A DNA stretch of 64,000 nucleotides from Raillietiella orientalis (lineage: Eukaryota). A program made the position numbers and the translations under genes. The DNA is taken from positions 4,154,001 through 4,218,000 of the forward strand of contig JAYWIR010000002.1 in the NCBI GenBank assembly GCA_036172245.1, written 5' to 3'. The notes beneath the pieces were generated by a model, which searched no databases, was not told where the DNA came from, and worked only from the letters and a program-made list of their open reading frames with translations. This document shows positions 24,721 through 38,420 of the stretch, in pieces; the stretch's first letter is position 1; each line of letters begins with the position of its first letter.

Positions 24721-24954
24721 TAGAATTACAGACACAATCAAAGGAAACGCTGGAATAATGCATACTGTTTCTCACTGTTGGATTGCCTGCTTTATGCTGG
24801 GCACTCGAGAAAAAAAAACGTTTCATCCTTTTCACCAGTTTCAAATTGATAGACAAGTATATTTGGTCATGTCGAAACATTAGTGAACACCCCAAAAAAT
24901 TTATGTTCGTTTTCACTCGCCTTTACATGTCAAATAAAATCAGCCCCATTTTTG

Positions 24955-25119
24955 TTAGTGGACTTTGAATGTGGTGTTCCTAAGTATGTAATCCAAAGCT
25001 TTGATCACTGATGAAGTAATGACTCCACCTGCCAGCACTCCCAGTGTAACAACTAAACCCACTTTGGACATTCCATAGCGAATCCTTGCTGGTTTGGGAG
25101 GAATCGGATTCATTGGTTC
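24955..25119 (-). CDS. SMDT1: EMRE (essential MCU regulator)-like protein, last exon
   Basis: PIPPKPARIRYGMSKVGLVVTLGVLAGGVITSS matches the EMRE pattern PKP.+..G+.+V..V....GxxI (one TM helix). AG acceptor at 25121-25120; upstream exon(s) unresolved. Confidence 0.5.
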   Translation of the reverse strand, partial: EPMNPIPPKPARIRYGMSKVGLVVTLGVLAGGVITSSVIKALDYILRNTTFKVH

Positions 25120-26323
25120 CTTTTGAGAATCACATTCCAAACACCCGAAGCTCGAAGACTATTGCACCGTATGCAATTCTGACCACACACCTCGGAAACA
25201 CCAAGGCATTGGATGCGACAAGAAACGAACGGATGTCTGTGGGACTGCCTTGGTTATTCGGCCTAACAAAATTTTTTACCAAAGGGAACCCACGCTGGCA
25301 CCCCAGATCCAGGAAGCATGTTACCATGGTCACAAATGGAAATCGGAACAAACTTACTCCTTCTCGAAGAAAATTTGAAAATTGCACGAACCACACCGGA
25401 AGAATTCTTTGCTGCAAATATGCTCTTTAGTTTGGGTTTAAGCTGCGGTGTTTGCAAGAAAAGCAGGAACTCTCCCTTACGCTTCCGTACGGAACATCGC
25501 AAGGAACCGTCGCTCAGCAACGCTACTCACCGTCTCCAAAAGGAGGAAATGGTACAATCCCCGAGGGACCACGTAATTCTCGGGTTTTCGAGTAGCATAA
25601 TAAGGAAGTGGGAATTGTATTGGAGTCATCTAAGCAATCGTGAACGGAAAGTTACATCTCATTCTTTGAAAGCTGTGAGGGTGATTGAAATTTTGATGTT
25701 CGTCTCTCTGACAAGCAGAGCCCGGGTTTTCGGAAGGTTAATAGATTTTTCATTAAAGTAACACGTTTCCAACGGAAAATGTTCAACTTTTTATCAAAAA
25801 GAGTTCACGAACAGTGAAGCTAGACTGTTCCGAACGACATTATCTTTTGTGTGCGATTTATAAACGGCAATAGCTCTCGAACCGGATGCAGCCCGGATTA
25901 TTGATTTGGGATAAGTTTGGCAAAAAAAACATCCCTAGGGGCTTTCGTGATGTAGTAAGCTGAATGAACCGAATATTATGACCAGAAAAGACATGTCGAA
26001 GACTTGCGTCCAAGCCGCGAGGCCAGGAAATGGAATGACTTCCTAGCATAGCTTCACTTGCTTCCTCAGTGCCGAGGAAAGACACTTCAGCTTACAAAGG
26101 TCTTCATTTGGAACTTTATAAAGTAAAAGAATGGAAAACATGACGCAAAGGACGTACAATTGCACATGTAGCAAATGTTTTTTACAATATTCAGCGCCAA
26201 CAACATGACACATAGCATATATTTTTTCAACTTTCTGATATACCTGCACGCATGTCACTGAATTGATATTAGTATTTATGAAATAGTTTTAGTTTCCTCA
26301 ATAAGTTCATTCCTACTAAAGCT

Positions 26324-27080
26324 GCCCGCGTCGGAGGCCGTGTGGTTACGGTTGTCTCCGCGCATGGCCCCATGCGTCGTGGGTTCCGAGTTCACCCCAC
26401 AAGATGACGCTGGTTGGCCTGCATTCATCCGGGTGCGGCAGTTAGCGGTTCAATCCGAATGCTTCCCGATGAGGGCCGGGTCAAATGGGAGTTGAACTCC
26501 GGGTCCTTCCAGGAATCAAGGAGTGGGAGATTCCCCCTCCGGTTGTGAAGGAGCGAACCCCCCATTCTGGGGGAATCCCCCGCGTCGTACTGATGGAGTA
26601 GGTGTGTCGCCACCACCTCTCCAGAGAGTGTAGAGAAGGAAGCCGATCCCTTCGGGGAAGCTGCGTCCTTCTGAATTTCGGAAGCGTCCCTTCTGGGTTC
26701 TCTTCAGAGGAGTAAAAACAAGAGCGGATTCCTTGCGGGGGATCCCTCAGGAGAAGAAATTCCAGGATCGGATCCTTTCCAGGTTCCCTTCAGAGAAAAA
26801 AACTGGAGCAGACCCCTCCGAGGGTCCTCCGGAGAGGAAGGAGATTCCCTTCTGGATTCCCCTTCGGAGAATGTGGAGGTGATCTCCATTTCCGGGATCC
26901 CTCTCCAGGCGTGAGAGGAACGGACTCCGAGTCCTTCCTGGATTTACAGGGCGGACCCCTCCCGGGGTACCCCCTATCTTGAAGAATTACCCACCCTCGG
27001 ATGGCGTGGAACCGTATCGAAGAAATGAGAAGACAGAAAAGAAGGAATTCCATCATCCTCGACCAATAGTAACGACTCCA
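26324..27080 (+). mobile_element. tRNA-headed long repeat, copy 4 (region between the two B-boxes deleted)
   Basis: Begins GCCCGCGTCGGAGGCCGTGTGG; body GGGTCCTTCCAGGAATCAAGGAG matches 10177-10200; tail CCATCATCCTCGACCAAT matches 7037-7054. Confidence 0.75.
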
Positions 27081-27675
27081 AGACAGGATGATTCAAAATC
27101 CGGTGACAAAATGTTCTCCTAACTCGAACATGCTAAGCGACCAATCTACTGCAGAGCAGTTGCTGAGGAAAAAAATGCTTAATGGGGGGTCTTTGGAAGA
27201 AGTTTCTCTGCTTGAGAATCACATTCGACCTTCAGAATTGCATGTATTAGTAGAATTTACCACCGTTCATCACCAGACGAATTGCAGCATACAAACACTC
27301 CGGCAACTACCCAGAGCCAGCTAGTATCTTTCATCTCAGTCATATTCTCAATCATTGTTCTATCGTCAATCATATTGGAAAAGCTGGAAGAGCAGGTAGA
27401 GCCAGTGGGAATGATTCTGCAGTTGTAAACAAAATTAATTCAATAAAAAAGATAGACCGCCATTGGGAGACATCTTGGCCATTGGCCGCCATAGTCTGGT
27501 TTCAACGTCATATTCTATCCTTGTTTTGTTGTGAACTTAATAAAAAAGATTCTTTTTTACAGATGAATTGCATCTTCAATAAAGTCCGCGTTGCTCGGTA
27601 ACTTTGGAATGTTTGTTTTAAGATATGTTTTCAGAAACTTTTCCAGCTTTAGTAGGAATGAAGTTATTGGTGAAA

Positions 27676-29840
27676 CTAAATGGTGGTCCATCTCCATCCT
27701 GAACACCGGCGCCAAATGGCCAAGATATGGGCCAACCGCTTGAGCAGAACGTTGCAGTCCACCGTCTCTCAGGTTCAGACGTGCCCCGTGCCCGGCCGCC
27801 GCATGTCCGACAACGTAAAGTGTGCCCAGGCCACCACCGGTTACAGCCGCTACGTCGCCGACGACCCGGTGCTAGGTTTCACGGATATGGAGAAGGCCTT
27901 CGACAGCGTTGACCATGGCATGCTGCTGAGGATCCTGCGGAAACTGGGCTACCCAGGATACTTCAGCGATTACATCGGAATGACATTGAAGGCGCAGCAC
28001 TGCTGGATCACGATCAACAGACGCGACACGTAAACCATCCGGATGGAAAGGGGAATTCGCCAAGGAGACGTCTGAGATGCTGTTTGCTTTGTAAATGGAG
28101 GTGATGTCGTCCTTAATCGAGCGAAGTAGCCTCCTACAAGGACTGATCGTGGACGAACACAGGCTCATACACCTGGCGTATGCGGACGATCTTTTTCCTG
28201 AAAGACGAGAAAGATCAGCATGCATTCTTCGGTATAGTGGAGTCCATGGAGAAGGCGCTGAGCTTGAAGGTCAACGCCCGCAAGTCACACCTTTTGCCCA
28301 TCGGGATCATGAACCTCTCCACCTTAACGGAGAAGGGATTCCTCGTGATGAACGATGTCAAATATCCCGGAATCAACATAGGGAATGCGAAAATCCTCAC
28401 TGAAGATCCACTGGGACAAAATACTACAAGTCAGAGAAGAGGGCATGAAGTACGTCCAAGTCGACTCCGGCATAAAGCAAAGGGCCAATTTGTGGAACGA
28501 TGTGTTCCTCCACAAGGTGCTCTTCGGGACTGCCTTCTGCCGAATCGACCAGAAGACGAGAACAGAAGTGGAGAAGCTGCAGAGAAAGATCATCTGGAGG
28601 GAGTCCAAGCCGCGGGTCAGGCTCAAATTGCTGTGCCGCCCGCAAGAAGAAGGTGAGACCGGGATGAAATCGCTGCCCCAGGCCATCGATTACCTTGATG
28701 CGCGATAACTGGCTCTCATCGCCGACCTGGAAGAGTGGCCTTATGCAGCCCACAGGGCTAATTCGAGGTTGGTCAACCACTCGAGTGACCTGATGTCGTC
28801 GCTCATTGGCAAACACGGAGAATGGGGTACCATCTACCCCACCTGGAAACGGAAGCAGACACTGGTGGCCAGACACCTTTTCAAAATAGCGCCTGGAAGT
28901 GAAGAGCTGTGGAAGGAAGAACTGATCATGGTGATCCCGTACTTTGTACTTGTGCCCAAGGACACCTGGAAGTGAATTCTCCAGAGGCCAGCAATGACCA
29001 TCCGCGGCTGCGAATAGTTTGCAATCAGTGGCAACGTCCACAAGATGAGACGTTGAGTTGCGGATGTTGGCCACCAAAGCCAACATCCGCAACTCAATGA
29101 AGCAGCACTACCAGGAGAAAGACGTCCTCTCCCTGGCTGCAACCGCTGCGGGACACGGGTGGTGAACCTGCAGGCTGTTGGAACTACAGTCTTTGAGAGC
29201 GAAATGCCACCAGACACCCAGGACAACCTCCTCCTGCTCTACCATGGAGGCGACCTGAGTGGAAACAGGATAGCACACTGGACTGACAACATCGATGACG
29301 AGCTCTGCAAGGCATGTGGTAGAAAGGGAACCCAGCTCCACGGCTTCACCTGTCCGACGCTGCGCCAGGACTGGAGCATGCTGAAGGCGGCCTGCAGAGG
29401 ACCACAAGAGTGAGCATCTTAGTGGGAATGTTCGACGGGAATGCCAATGTCCCGCGATACAATCCCATGGTTTGGACCACCATCGCCCTCTTCGTCACAG
29501 CAATTGTGATCAGAAGGGCAAAAATGTCAAATATGGGGGCCGCAGTGCCCGCTCCATCGCCATACCTGAAGGACTCATCAAACGAGATTGGAATAGGGAA
29601 TTGCGGCAGGAAACCAGTCTGGAACAAACCGCTACATCTTGCAGAAGATCGTGGACGTGACCCGAGCGAGTGCACCTCCCTCCATCCCCCAATGACCTAT
29701 TCGGAGGAAATCACCCCGATCGTGACATTGCAGACGCTACGTGCACAAAAAGCGAACTGTGGGAATCCACAGAAGTGACCTGAGTGCATGAGTGCGAGTT
29801 GTTGTTGATGCTATTGGGGACATTTGTTGTTGATTAATAA
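27676..29840 (+). mobile_element. L1/Tx1-clade family B, 5'-truncated ORF2 (RT plus zinc knuckle), frameshifted
   Basis: SISILNT, KIWANRL, QTCPVPGRRMSDN, DMEKAFDSVDH, RGIRQG, LAYADD, LKVNARKS, VKYPGI, RPQEEG, CKACGRKGTQLHGFTC; stops and frameshifts present. Confidence 0.92.
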
Positions 29841-31339
29841 ACTCACCCCACCGCTTCTCGGACCTGGGGGAAAATGGAAACCAGACTAGACATTTGACTG
29901 TCGTACCGCTCATGCAACAAATGGCACTGTTATTTACGTCACCAGATACGCATGTTAAAAGACGGCATGGAAATGGATAAAGGCAAGAAAAAGTATCGAA
30001 GAGTCTCTGCAAAACGTGATATTACTACCATCTCAAAGTCAAGTCATCATTCTGAATAGAGTGGGTGTAATGGTGGTTATCACATGAGGCTTCTAGAGTT
30101 CCGCACTACTTACAAATTGTTTGATATGTGTTCTTGCTCTTAACCACTTAGTGTTTCCAAGATTTGTGATCAGAATTGCTCTTAATAATAGCAGTGTTCG
30201 CTTCATAAGACCAAACCTTAATTAATGCTTGTCAGTCTTCCTCTTCTCTATCTCTTCTGAATTTTTGTTCGTCAAATAAGACTAAATTTTTTGTACGTTA
30301 CAGACTATTTTAGACGAAGTTCTGAAGTCAGTCTGTACCTCAGATGCATTTCCTAACTGGAACACAATGAAGGCGAATCCAGGCATATCTGATGACAGAT
30401 TGCTTTTTTGTGTATAGCTTCTGTTGTGGGCGGCTTCATCGAGAGAAAAAAAAAAAAAAAAAAGCAAGATGAGCTCATGCCAACAGGAAAAAGAAGGACT
30501 TGCTGAAGCAAGACATTTCTGCACGCAGCACACTTGGCCACTGTCGTGGGTCTGTGAACTGGCACCGAGTTATGTGGACCCCAACGCTGATCAGACTGAA
30601 GCATCATCACAGCAATAGAAACATCACCCAGTGTTTCGGGACATGAAACATGGAAAACCCTAGGATATGAGAAGCAAATATACAGTCATCGCACGAACAC
30701 TATACAACTCAATCAGTTGCTGGGGTATCTGGACAGATCCAAGCAATATCAAACCAACCCTCGAAAGAAAATCTCACTCAGATTATGCGTGTGTTTTTAG
30801 TAGCAGAAAATATCTAATTAAACCTTCATGAAGGTGCCTTATCTTTTTCGTTTGCCTTACTGTTGTTTCCTTATTTCATTACTTTTGACAGTCATGCATG
30901 AAGAGTAAGTGAATTTTTTTGTGAAACCAATAGAGAAAACGAATAGGGAAGATTACACCCCCACAGCTCACTCTTTCGGAACTGCTCTCGTGACAAGCTA
31001 GGTCAGCTTCCTTTTCAAGATGCTTTCTTTTCCATCCCTGGTTCCGAATTCCGGAAAATGCACTCCTGTTGAATCTCTTATTGCATTTTAAATATAAACG
31101 TACACTGAGGTGCACACGCGTCATTCGTACCAGACTGATTGATCTTGGTCACACCCAAAGCAGGCAGCACGCGATCTGTAGAACACTCGTAACACCAATT
31201 TCGTTATTTCCATCTTAGACTCTTCAGTTTGTCTTTTCCACGGTAAGGCCAAAGAACGCAAGCCGTTCGAGAGAGATAACTTCCTTAGCTGATGTGATTT
31301 TAAGTAGGAGTTATGACCAAAAGTAACAGCTGGCGTGAC

Positions 31340-33776
31340 GGAGGGAATTTCATTCTCCCCCTTCCGATATCAGCTGAACTTGGATTCTCCAATTAAACCT
31401 TCTCGTTCGCCCTTCGCGCTTCCAAAACCATTGCGTGGTTTGCAGCGAAACTTTCGAATTCCCGGGAAAAACTTGAGTGTGGCAACCCCGCTTTGGCAAA
31501 AGCATCTCCGACCGTCAGTCGCTGGGGCGACTTTTCATCGACCGGAAGCACAACGTGGGGCGGCAGCGAAGATGGGAGGCAGCAATGGAGCTGTTTCCAA
31601 ACGGGATGCAGTCTCCAAAACAACCTAACAGAAACGGCGACTGTCCCTAAGTATGTGAATGCAAGAAGCAGCGTTCCGTTGAAAAGAGACCTAAAGTTCG
31701 GAGATCAATCTCCTTGAGAGAGAATCTCGGCATTCGCTCACGCTGTCCCGCGCTTCCACTCATTATGCAACGCACGTCGGCATTCCCTTTTCTGGACTGG
31801 GGTTTCCCGTGCAGCAGTCGCCGACGTCGCGCGCGTCCCGAAAGAGCGTGTCCTTGAACCGCACATGGTGAAGGATTGAGGGATCCACTCCTTGTCAGCT
31901 GCTGGGACGTGGTGACCGTCCATTCGGAACGCTGTCGCACCCGAACGAGACAAGGCCCGTTCTCTGATGCTTCTGCCAACGCAGGTTTGCCACACTCGAT
32001 TTTTTTCTGGGGATCGGAAAGTTCGGAAGTTTTGCTAAAAACTAAGCAATGGTTTCGAAAGCACAAAGGACGAAGGGAGAGCTCTCCGGACCGGTAGCAG
32101 CAGCCATGTGCGACATCCGCGACAGCGTGGGCGCTCGACCGCAGGGAGGAGTGAAGGCACACCCGTCAAGAACCATTTCGTTGGCCGCGGAAGCCTCTGA
32201 ATGGCCGCCGTAGCTGGAAGGCACAGCGAGGAACACCACTCTGCCGGCATCGCCCAGGACCTCTGCTCGAATCCGGTCGCCTCTGGGGGAAGGGATCGAA
32301 GACAGTCCTTACGTTTAGTGTGCCCAGTAGAAGGCGTGTTTCTACTTCAGAGCGAACATCCCGGCGCATCCGGGTGATGAACCTTTCCTGCTAGCGAGGG
32401 AGGGGGGGGGGGAGTTGCTTCGTGGATGAAGCTTCTCGGGCTCGTGGCGGGGCAATGTGCCCGTTGCTGGAAGGCTTCCAGCCTGCAGGAGGTGCCACTT
32501 TCTCACGAGCAGCCTGCCAGCTCCCCTCGGCACTCCGGAGGAAGGCGTGAAGATCGCCTGGAAGAAACGGAAGTGGGAAGACGGTTCCTCGGCCTCGCTT
32601 GGCAAGCGGAGTGCAAATCCGGCGGGAATTCGCGGGAGGAGGTGAAATCGCGCCAGCGTACCACGCGGGGGGGAGGGGAGGACTCCGCCTGTGGGAGAGA
32701 ACCACCTCCGTCGCCCAGTCACGCCTGAGCCTTCCCTTTTTTCCCCGCGAAGACAAACGCGCAAGCCTGGATACAGGTTTCTCCGCAACAGTCGGAGGGT
32801 TCAAGAGGGGGATAAGACCACAGACTCCCGGGTCATGAGGTCGGCTGAGTAAAAAGGACGCCTGCGGCCAAAGGAAGGATACAGGAATAAAGTGAAATGG
32901 ATAAAGGGGATGGATAAAAGGGATGAGGGGAGGGAGAGCAAGTCGGGTGAGCCGCATCTTCCCTCGCACTCTGAAGGCGGCGTCCGCCTTCGCTCCTCGC
33001 TGAAGATGGACGATGGCGTCACCTTCCTCACCACACGGAGGCGAGGAGTGAGACCTCCAATCTTCGCTGGTGAGCCTCTCGCTTGCAGCGGTCAGGCCCT
33101 GACCTTCCTGAAGAACCGTTTGAAAGGGGTTCCCCGGACGGAGCGCTCTTCCAGCGCACCGGAGAGGAATCCCCCGAGGAGATAGCAACTCCAAGGAGGA
33201 ACCACCGAGGGAGGGAGGTCGACTCCAGACTGTGTTGCCCTCCGACCCCTTTGAGAACGCTTTGCCGCGACTCTTGGAACCGCCAGCGGCAACACCAGAG
33301 ACGTTCTTAAGCGGCTCTTCTTGGGAGATACCCTCACGCCGGCCGCATCCCCTTAGCAGCACTTTGCTACCTACGCGGCGGGATCGTGGCCGCATGGAGC
33401 AACTCCAGAGGAGGCCGGAACGACAGGGACGCCACCTATTTTGCCGTTCTCTTCCTAAGGACACGTCAAGATGGCCCCATCTGGGAACCATCATACAGGA
33501 ACTTGCCGGCATCCTTACAAGGATGCAGAGTACACCCTCCAGCACCCGGTAATTCCTTCCCTAACTCCTCCAGTTTATGTTTTTTGTTTTATGTTTTTTT
33601 CCCTTTTTATTTGTCTCTCCTTTCCTTGTGCTGCTGAGGCGAACCCCGCTGGCCTGCGTGTGAGTTCCCGGCAGGTTCCTTCTCGTATTTGTAAGTAACG
33701 TGGCAGGATCAAACGTCCTACCACAGACGTGGATGTTTACTCTATAAATAAATGCCCCGGCGTGTCCGGATGTCAA
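31340..33776 (+). mobile_element. Tx1-like family A, longest copy (copy D): decayed RT to 3' end
   Basis: Collinear degenerate motifs QRNFRIPGK, LFID, GIRSRCPALPLI, AVADV, FLGI; C-terminus RWPHLGTIIQELAGILTRMQSTPSSTR*; family 3' UTR, AATAAA and terminal hairpin. An unrelated-looking insert lies at about 32730-32945. Confidence 0.7.
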
Positions 33777-33931
33777 CCAGTGCCGTACTGCAAGCCTACA
33801 GGCCGACCAATGTCGTCCTGCGGGGAAGATGCACTCATTTCTTTGATTCGATCCTTTCCCGGATGGGATTCGAACTCGTGATGCTCGGCGCCATGCGCAG
33901 AGACCGCAGCCACACGGCTGCCGACGCGGGC
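33777..33931 (-). mobile_element. tRNA-headed repeat, copy 5 (truncated by Tx1 copy D)
   Basis: Reverse complement GCCCGCGTCGGCAGCCGTGTGGCTGCGG...GAGTTCGAATCCC...GGTCGGCCTGTAG. Confidence 0.8.
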
Positions 33932-34419
33932 GTACTGATTCAGTACGAATGATTGATAGTCACTGGAGATCAAATTCCACTTCCGTTTCAAAATAAAGCA
34001 GCGATTTCTCGTCCGAGTAGCATTGGGCTGTTTCCAGATGGACTCCCTACTTTTCCATTTTTATCGGAGAGCAGCAGGGCAAGATGGTGCTGTGAAAAGT
34101 GAGGTGCCAACCTGAAATACCCACGTACGCGTGGTAGCAGCAGATAAACGAGATGAACGAGGCGAAAGTCGTGGGGAAGGCGAATGGCCTTGGAAACGAT
34201 GCAGTAGCAGCCATCCAGATTCCCTAAGGGGGAATGCAGGTTTGCATGGGAACCGTCGCCTTCTAGAGGAACTTAGAAAACAGTCGGCGTCATTTGGAGC
34301 ATCGGAAAGCGCAGTGAATGGTTCGAACAACCCGATGCCAACGTTGCTCCAGCAACGAGGAAAGTTTTTCCGCTCTTGAGACGAGATGCCTAAGGGGCTT
34401 GCATCTTTGCTACTGCAGA

Positions 34420-34535
34420 AATGTAGCCGCACCCCAAGTCTACAGGCCGACCAGCGTCGTCCCGCGGGGAAGCGCACCCATTTCGATCCTCCTACCTTCA
34501 CTGAGGCTGCTCACTTCTTGGTGCGCAGCCACAGT
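34420..34535 (-). mobile_element. tRNA-headed repeat fragment, copy 6
   Basis: CTACAGGCCGACCAGCGTCGTCCCGCGGGGAAG matches 33796-33828. Confidence 0.65.
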
Positions 34536-34720
34536 AATGTGTGATCCTTGGGGAAAAAGATGAACCAATCGTTAGTCCGTCGGGCTTGGAAGATTTATCT
34601 CTCGCATCGACCTGTCATTGGTGCACTCTATTTCTTCGTGGGCATTTCTACTGGATAGATCTCGACTGGATCGATCGCGCGCGTGTGCAATGTAAACAAG
34701 TAAACAAACGATATATGCAA

Positions 34721-34742
34721 CACACACACACACACACACACA
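34721..34742. repeat. (CA)11 microsatellite
   Basis: Seen directly. Confidence 0.9.
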
Positions 34743-36289
34743 AATATAAACACACGTAACTGCAAAGGATGGGAAGTCGTTTGTAAGCACCGGGTCCCGA
34801 ATTCAGTCATCTCAACAGTCACCGTGCAGAGAAGCAGAAAAATTCGCTAATGACGCTTAGTTTGAGTATGCGGCCTTCGAAGTGCCCGCATGCACCCAAA
34901 GAACAGGAAAGTCTTAGAGTTTCCCGCTGCATACTCGACACGGGTAACGAACGCACTCTTAAGCAGTGCTCCTCCTTTTCCGTTATTCCACTGCGTTCGG
35001 GAGATTTATGTCGTTGTTCCATTATGGCGTTGCAAGTGGCGCTACCAGTCTTCCGCGGCGTACGCTGGGGTGTCTGGGCACTAGGTTTCCAAGTCCAGAA
35101 GGAAAGATGACACCAACTGCGCAAAATAATCGCCATTTGCAACGAGGATGGAGAGAGCAGGTCAGAGGTAAGGATGCGACGCTCTCCTGGTGATTGCCTT
35201 GTCCCTTCCCAACGGAGACTGATGGCCAAGAGAAGAAACGCCACGCTTCGGACGAGGTCGCAGTTGAGAATAAACTCAGCGATGCACCTACTGCTGCAAA
35301 ATCTGTACTTGCTGAAAGGGTCTGCAGAACTGCGGTCTGCTGTTGGCTTCAAGAATGCCAAATACTCCCTCTGTTACCCTTTGACTCTGCACTGAATAGT
35401 AGAAACGGAACTTCCCGATCCTCGTAAATTTGCACGGTTGCACACCTCGTACAGGCAACACACAGTCGTTTTTGGACGACTACCACTTTCTGAACATTTT
35501 CTTTCCGGGGACATTATTTGCCCGGGGACAATTGCACCACGCTCCTTCTAGAGAAAGCATGGGTCAGCCAATCCCCCCCGACACATTGGTTCCTTGAAAC
35601 CCGCCTCAAACACCATCAGCAGCTTCTTATTCACTCTGAGCTTCTCATTCCAATGCGTTCCTTCCCTGCAAAAATGCCCTACCCTTCTCCACTCATTTGT
35701 CAATATCCACCCCTCTTGAGGGAAAAAGGGAGAATTTCGCAGAGTAAACAGCGTTCGTAGGGAATGCTGTTCACCTGAGAACGTAGTAAGAATGCCTCGC
35801 AGCACTCGAACCTAAGGAAGAACCCTTCAATTTGCTTCGACAAAGCCACCTTTCTTTCCAATCTTCTGCCTCCTTGTCCATAACAACGCTTTACGGTGGT
35901 TATCTAGAGTTTAGAGCAGTTCTGTCGGGAGGGAGGCATGACAATACTCGGTGACACACTGAGACAGATGACATCAACTCTTAGCCTCCCCTCCATAATG
36001 TCCTCGAGATAGATCTCATTATTGGGGAAAGCAGCTTTACCATGAAAACCAATGAGATGAAGATCTAAGAGAGCAAACATCACCCCGGACTCTGATTCGA
36101 GATAATGTAGTTCGATGGTGGTAACGCGTACCTAAGAATGCGTAGTCTTTGCATCTTCTCCCCCATCCCCACTTTCTCAGACGAAAAGTGGAAAACAGCT
36201 TTCCCTTGAACATGCATGACCTTGGTCTATTATTCCCACATGATGCAGCTTCCGGCCACGGCGAGGGAACCACTACCGTTTCCCTGCTA

Positions 36290-36614
36290 AGCCCGACCGG
36301 CCCGACCCTCAGAGCCAATCCTTCTCCCGAAGTTACGGACCTGGTTTGCCGACTTCCCTTACCTACATCATTCTATCGTCTAGGGGCTGTTCACCTTGGT
36401 GAACAGCTGCGGATATGGGTACGATGTGGCGGGAGATTCGTTCTGCCTCATTCGGATTTTCAATGGCCGAACGGAGCCTTCCGGACGCCGCAAAAACAGC
36501 GGCGCTCTTGGGGGGGCCGATCCTCTCTCCGTACGAGCCGATTCGAGGGTACGAGGCAATCCCTTATGCAGAAAAGAAAACTCTTCCCGGGGCTCCTAGT
36601 TCAACGTCTCCGAG
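36290..36614 (-). rRNA. Dispersed 28S (LSU) rRNA fragment, non-functional
   Basis: Plus strand AGAGCCAATCCTT..CCCGAAGTTACGG..TTGCCGACTTCCCTTACCTACA..GCTGCGGATATGGGTACG..AGAAAAGAAAACTCTTCCCGG is the reverse complement of conserved eukaryotic 28S core. Only about 325 bp are present. Confidence 0.92.
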
Positions 36615-38420
36615 GATGCAGAGAAGAGAATCTTTGTTAATGCGGACTTTTCTGCAAGTAGCCCACACAACTCACGAGTTCCACAAAAGGAGCATTAAGA
36701 CGCTTAGTCAAAGATTTCTATCCTTTCCCATCCTCAAAGCAACTTCCATGAACAGTCACTTCTAGGAATTTACTTGCCATCTCAAGAACATGCACGTGTT
36801 CTGGGATGCGTTTATCATGCTTCTCGTCTTAGGGATAGGTAGAAGTAGTTCGTGCTAGAGTGATAAGGACCTGAGTAGAGGGTTTGTGCTTCCACAGGTG
36901 GAGTGGACGGCGCGGCTCGACCCACTTGACTCAGAAGTTGCAATTTCCCATAGAGCGAGACAAAATCACGCTCATCATTTTGCAATCATAAATTATAGCA
37001 CACATACAGTAGCGGCAAACTAAATAATTGAAAATTCATACTGAATACTCTGTGGCTTTATTTCGAAAACCGCAAATCTAGCCACAAGGAAAATTCTTGT
37101 TCAGATTCTCATGTTCCGTGCGATAGTTCTTCCCGTTTTTCTCCATTGAGTCGGAGTTCATGTTAGAATGCCTTTTTTGAAAATGATGCTTTACAATGCA
37201 ATTACTCTATAATTGGACGTAATTTCAACTCGAATATGGTCCTACTAATGTGTGTCTAACAACAATCACCTTGGTCATCCATAGCACCATCGTTCTTGAA
37301 ACCGAAGTTCTAGAGTTTTTTTCATCTCCATCATGCTTCACTATCAGCTACACTGATTAATAAAAAACAATTTATCTCCAAGTCTGTGCATATTCCATTG
37401 AGAGTCACAGACTCCATTGCTTCACGCTTTTCTTTCCCAGGGACAGCAGAAAAAGCGAAGCAAAAGCAAAAAATCATCCTCTCCAGAAATTTCATCCAAA
37501 GTTTTAGTGCCAAAGCTCGATTACTTCTCCAATTTTCTTATTTCCCTCCCCCCCTTACCCCCCTGATCCATTTTGTACTTTTGTTTCCTTGCTTCCCCAT
37601 GCGTAATATACAATGAATACTTTCAACTGTTTCCAACGTGCTTAAAGCGACGTTTATTCGAAATTTCGATTTAAAAATAACAGTGTTGGATTTCAGCTAT
37701 TTTCTTCTCAGCAAGTACATACACACAGACACACACAAAGGAAAAAGGAACGTTGCAACCCTGGAAGAGGCGCATCCTTAATAACGCTAATGCGACGTAA
37801 CAATGCACACGTACGGGAAGCGCGGAAAGGCGTCCGCGTGCATGAATCACTAATGGAATGCTCTCGAAATCTGATCAGAATAGCGAACAGGATACACCAA
37901 ATGACGTGCGGCAGGTCGTACGTGGTGGTGCCGATGCGGTTGTCTTCTTCAAGCCCGTTGACGATGGTGGCATTTTCTCTTCCTGGTTCTCAGAGTTCTC
38001 GTCCCCCTCCCCTCCCCTCCTCCCTCCCCCCCCCCGCTTCCTTCCCACCGCTTCACCGTGCTTTTTCCCGAACAAAGTGAAACCTCAAAGTTGATGTGCG
38101 TGCGCGTGTGTGTAGTGTGAACGACGTACGTGATTCGCACTTGGGTTCCATTCCCTCTTCCGTCTTTTCCTCCTCCCGGTTTCCCCTCCCTCTCCTCCGC
38201 TCGTCTGTCTGGGGAAGTCCGAGCATAACGATCCCCGGATAGCGAACTCTTGAAGAACTTCCCTCCAGGAGAATACAGTATTCCTCCTCAAGTGACTCAA
38301 AGAATCTCCTTTGGGTAAAACAACACGAAACATCCAGTGTTCTGCCAGCCACCAGTAACAGATAGTTGTATCCAGAATCGAGCTGCCTTTTTATGTAGAC
38401 AGTAAAGTCTCCCTCAAAAG

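Noticed and set aside
25318-26050. Plus-strand ORF of 147 aa and possible small downstream exons
   Set aside because: No recognisable domain, and the model needs an implausibly short 31-nt intron; cannot be supported without expression data.
35400-36050. piggyBac C-terminal remnant on the minus strand (RKCSESGSRPKTTVCC)
   Set aside because: Similarity too weak, and no TTAA/TIR boundaries were found.
36149-36765. ORFs of 163 and 116 aa
   Set aside because: Spurious translations antisense to the 28S rRNA fragment.
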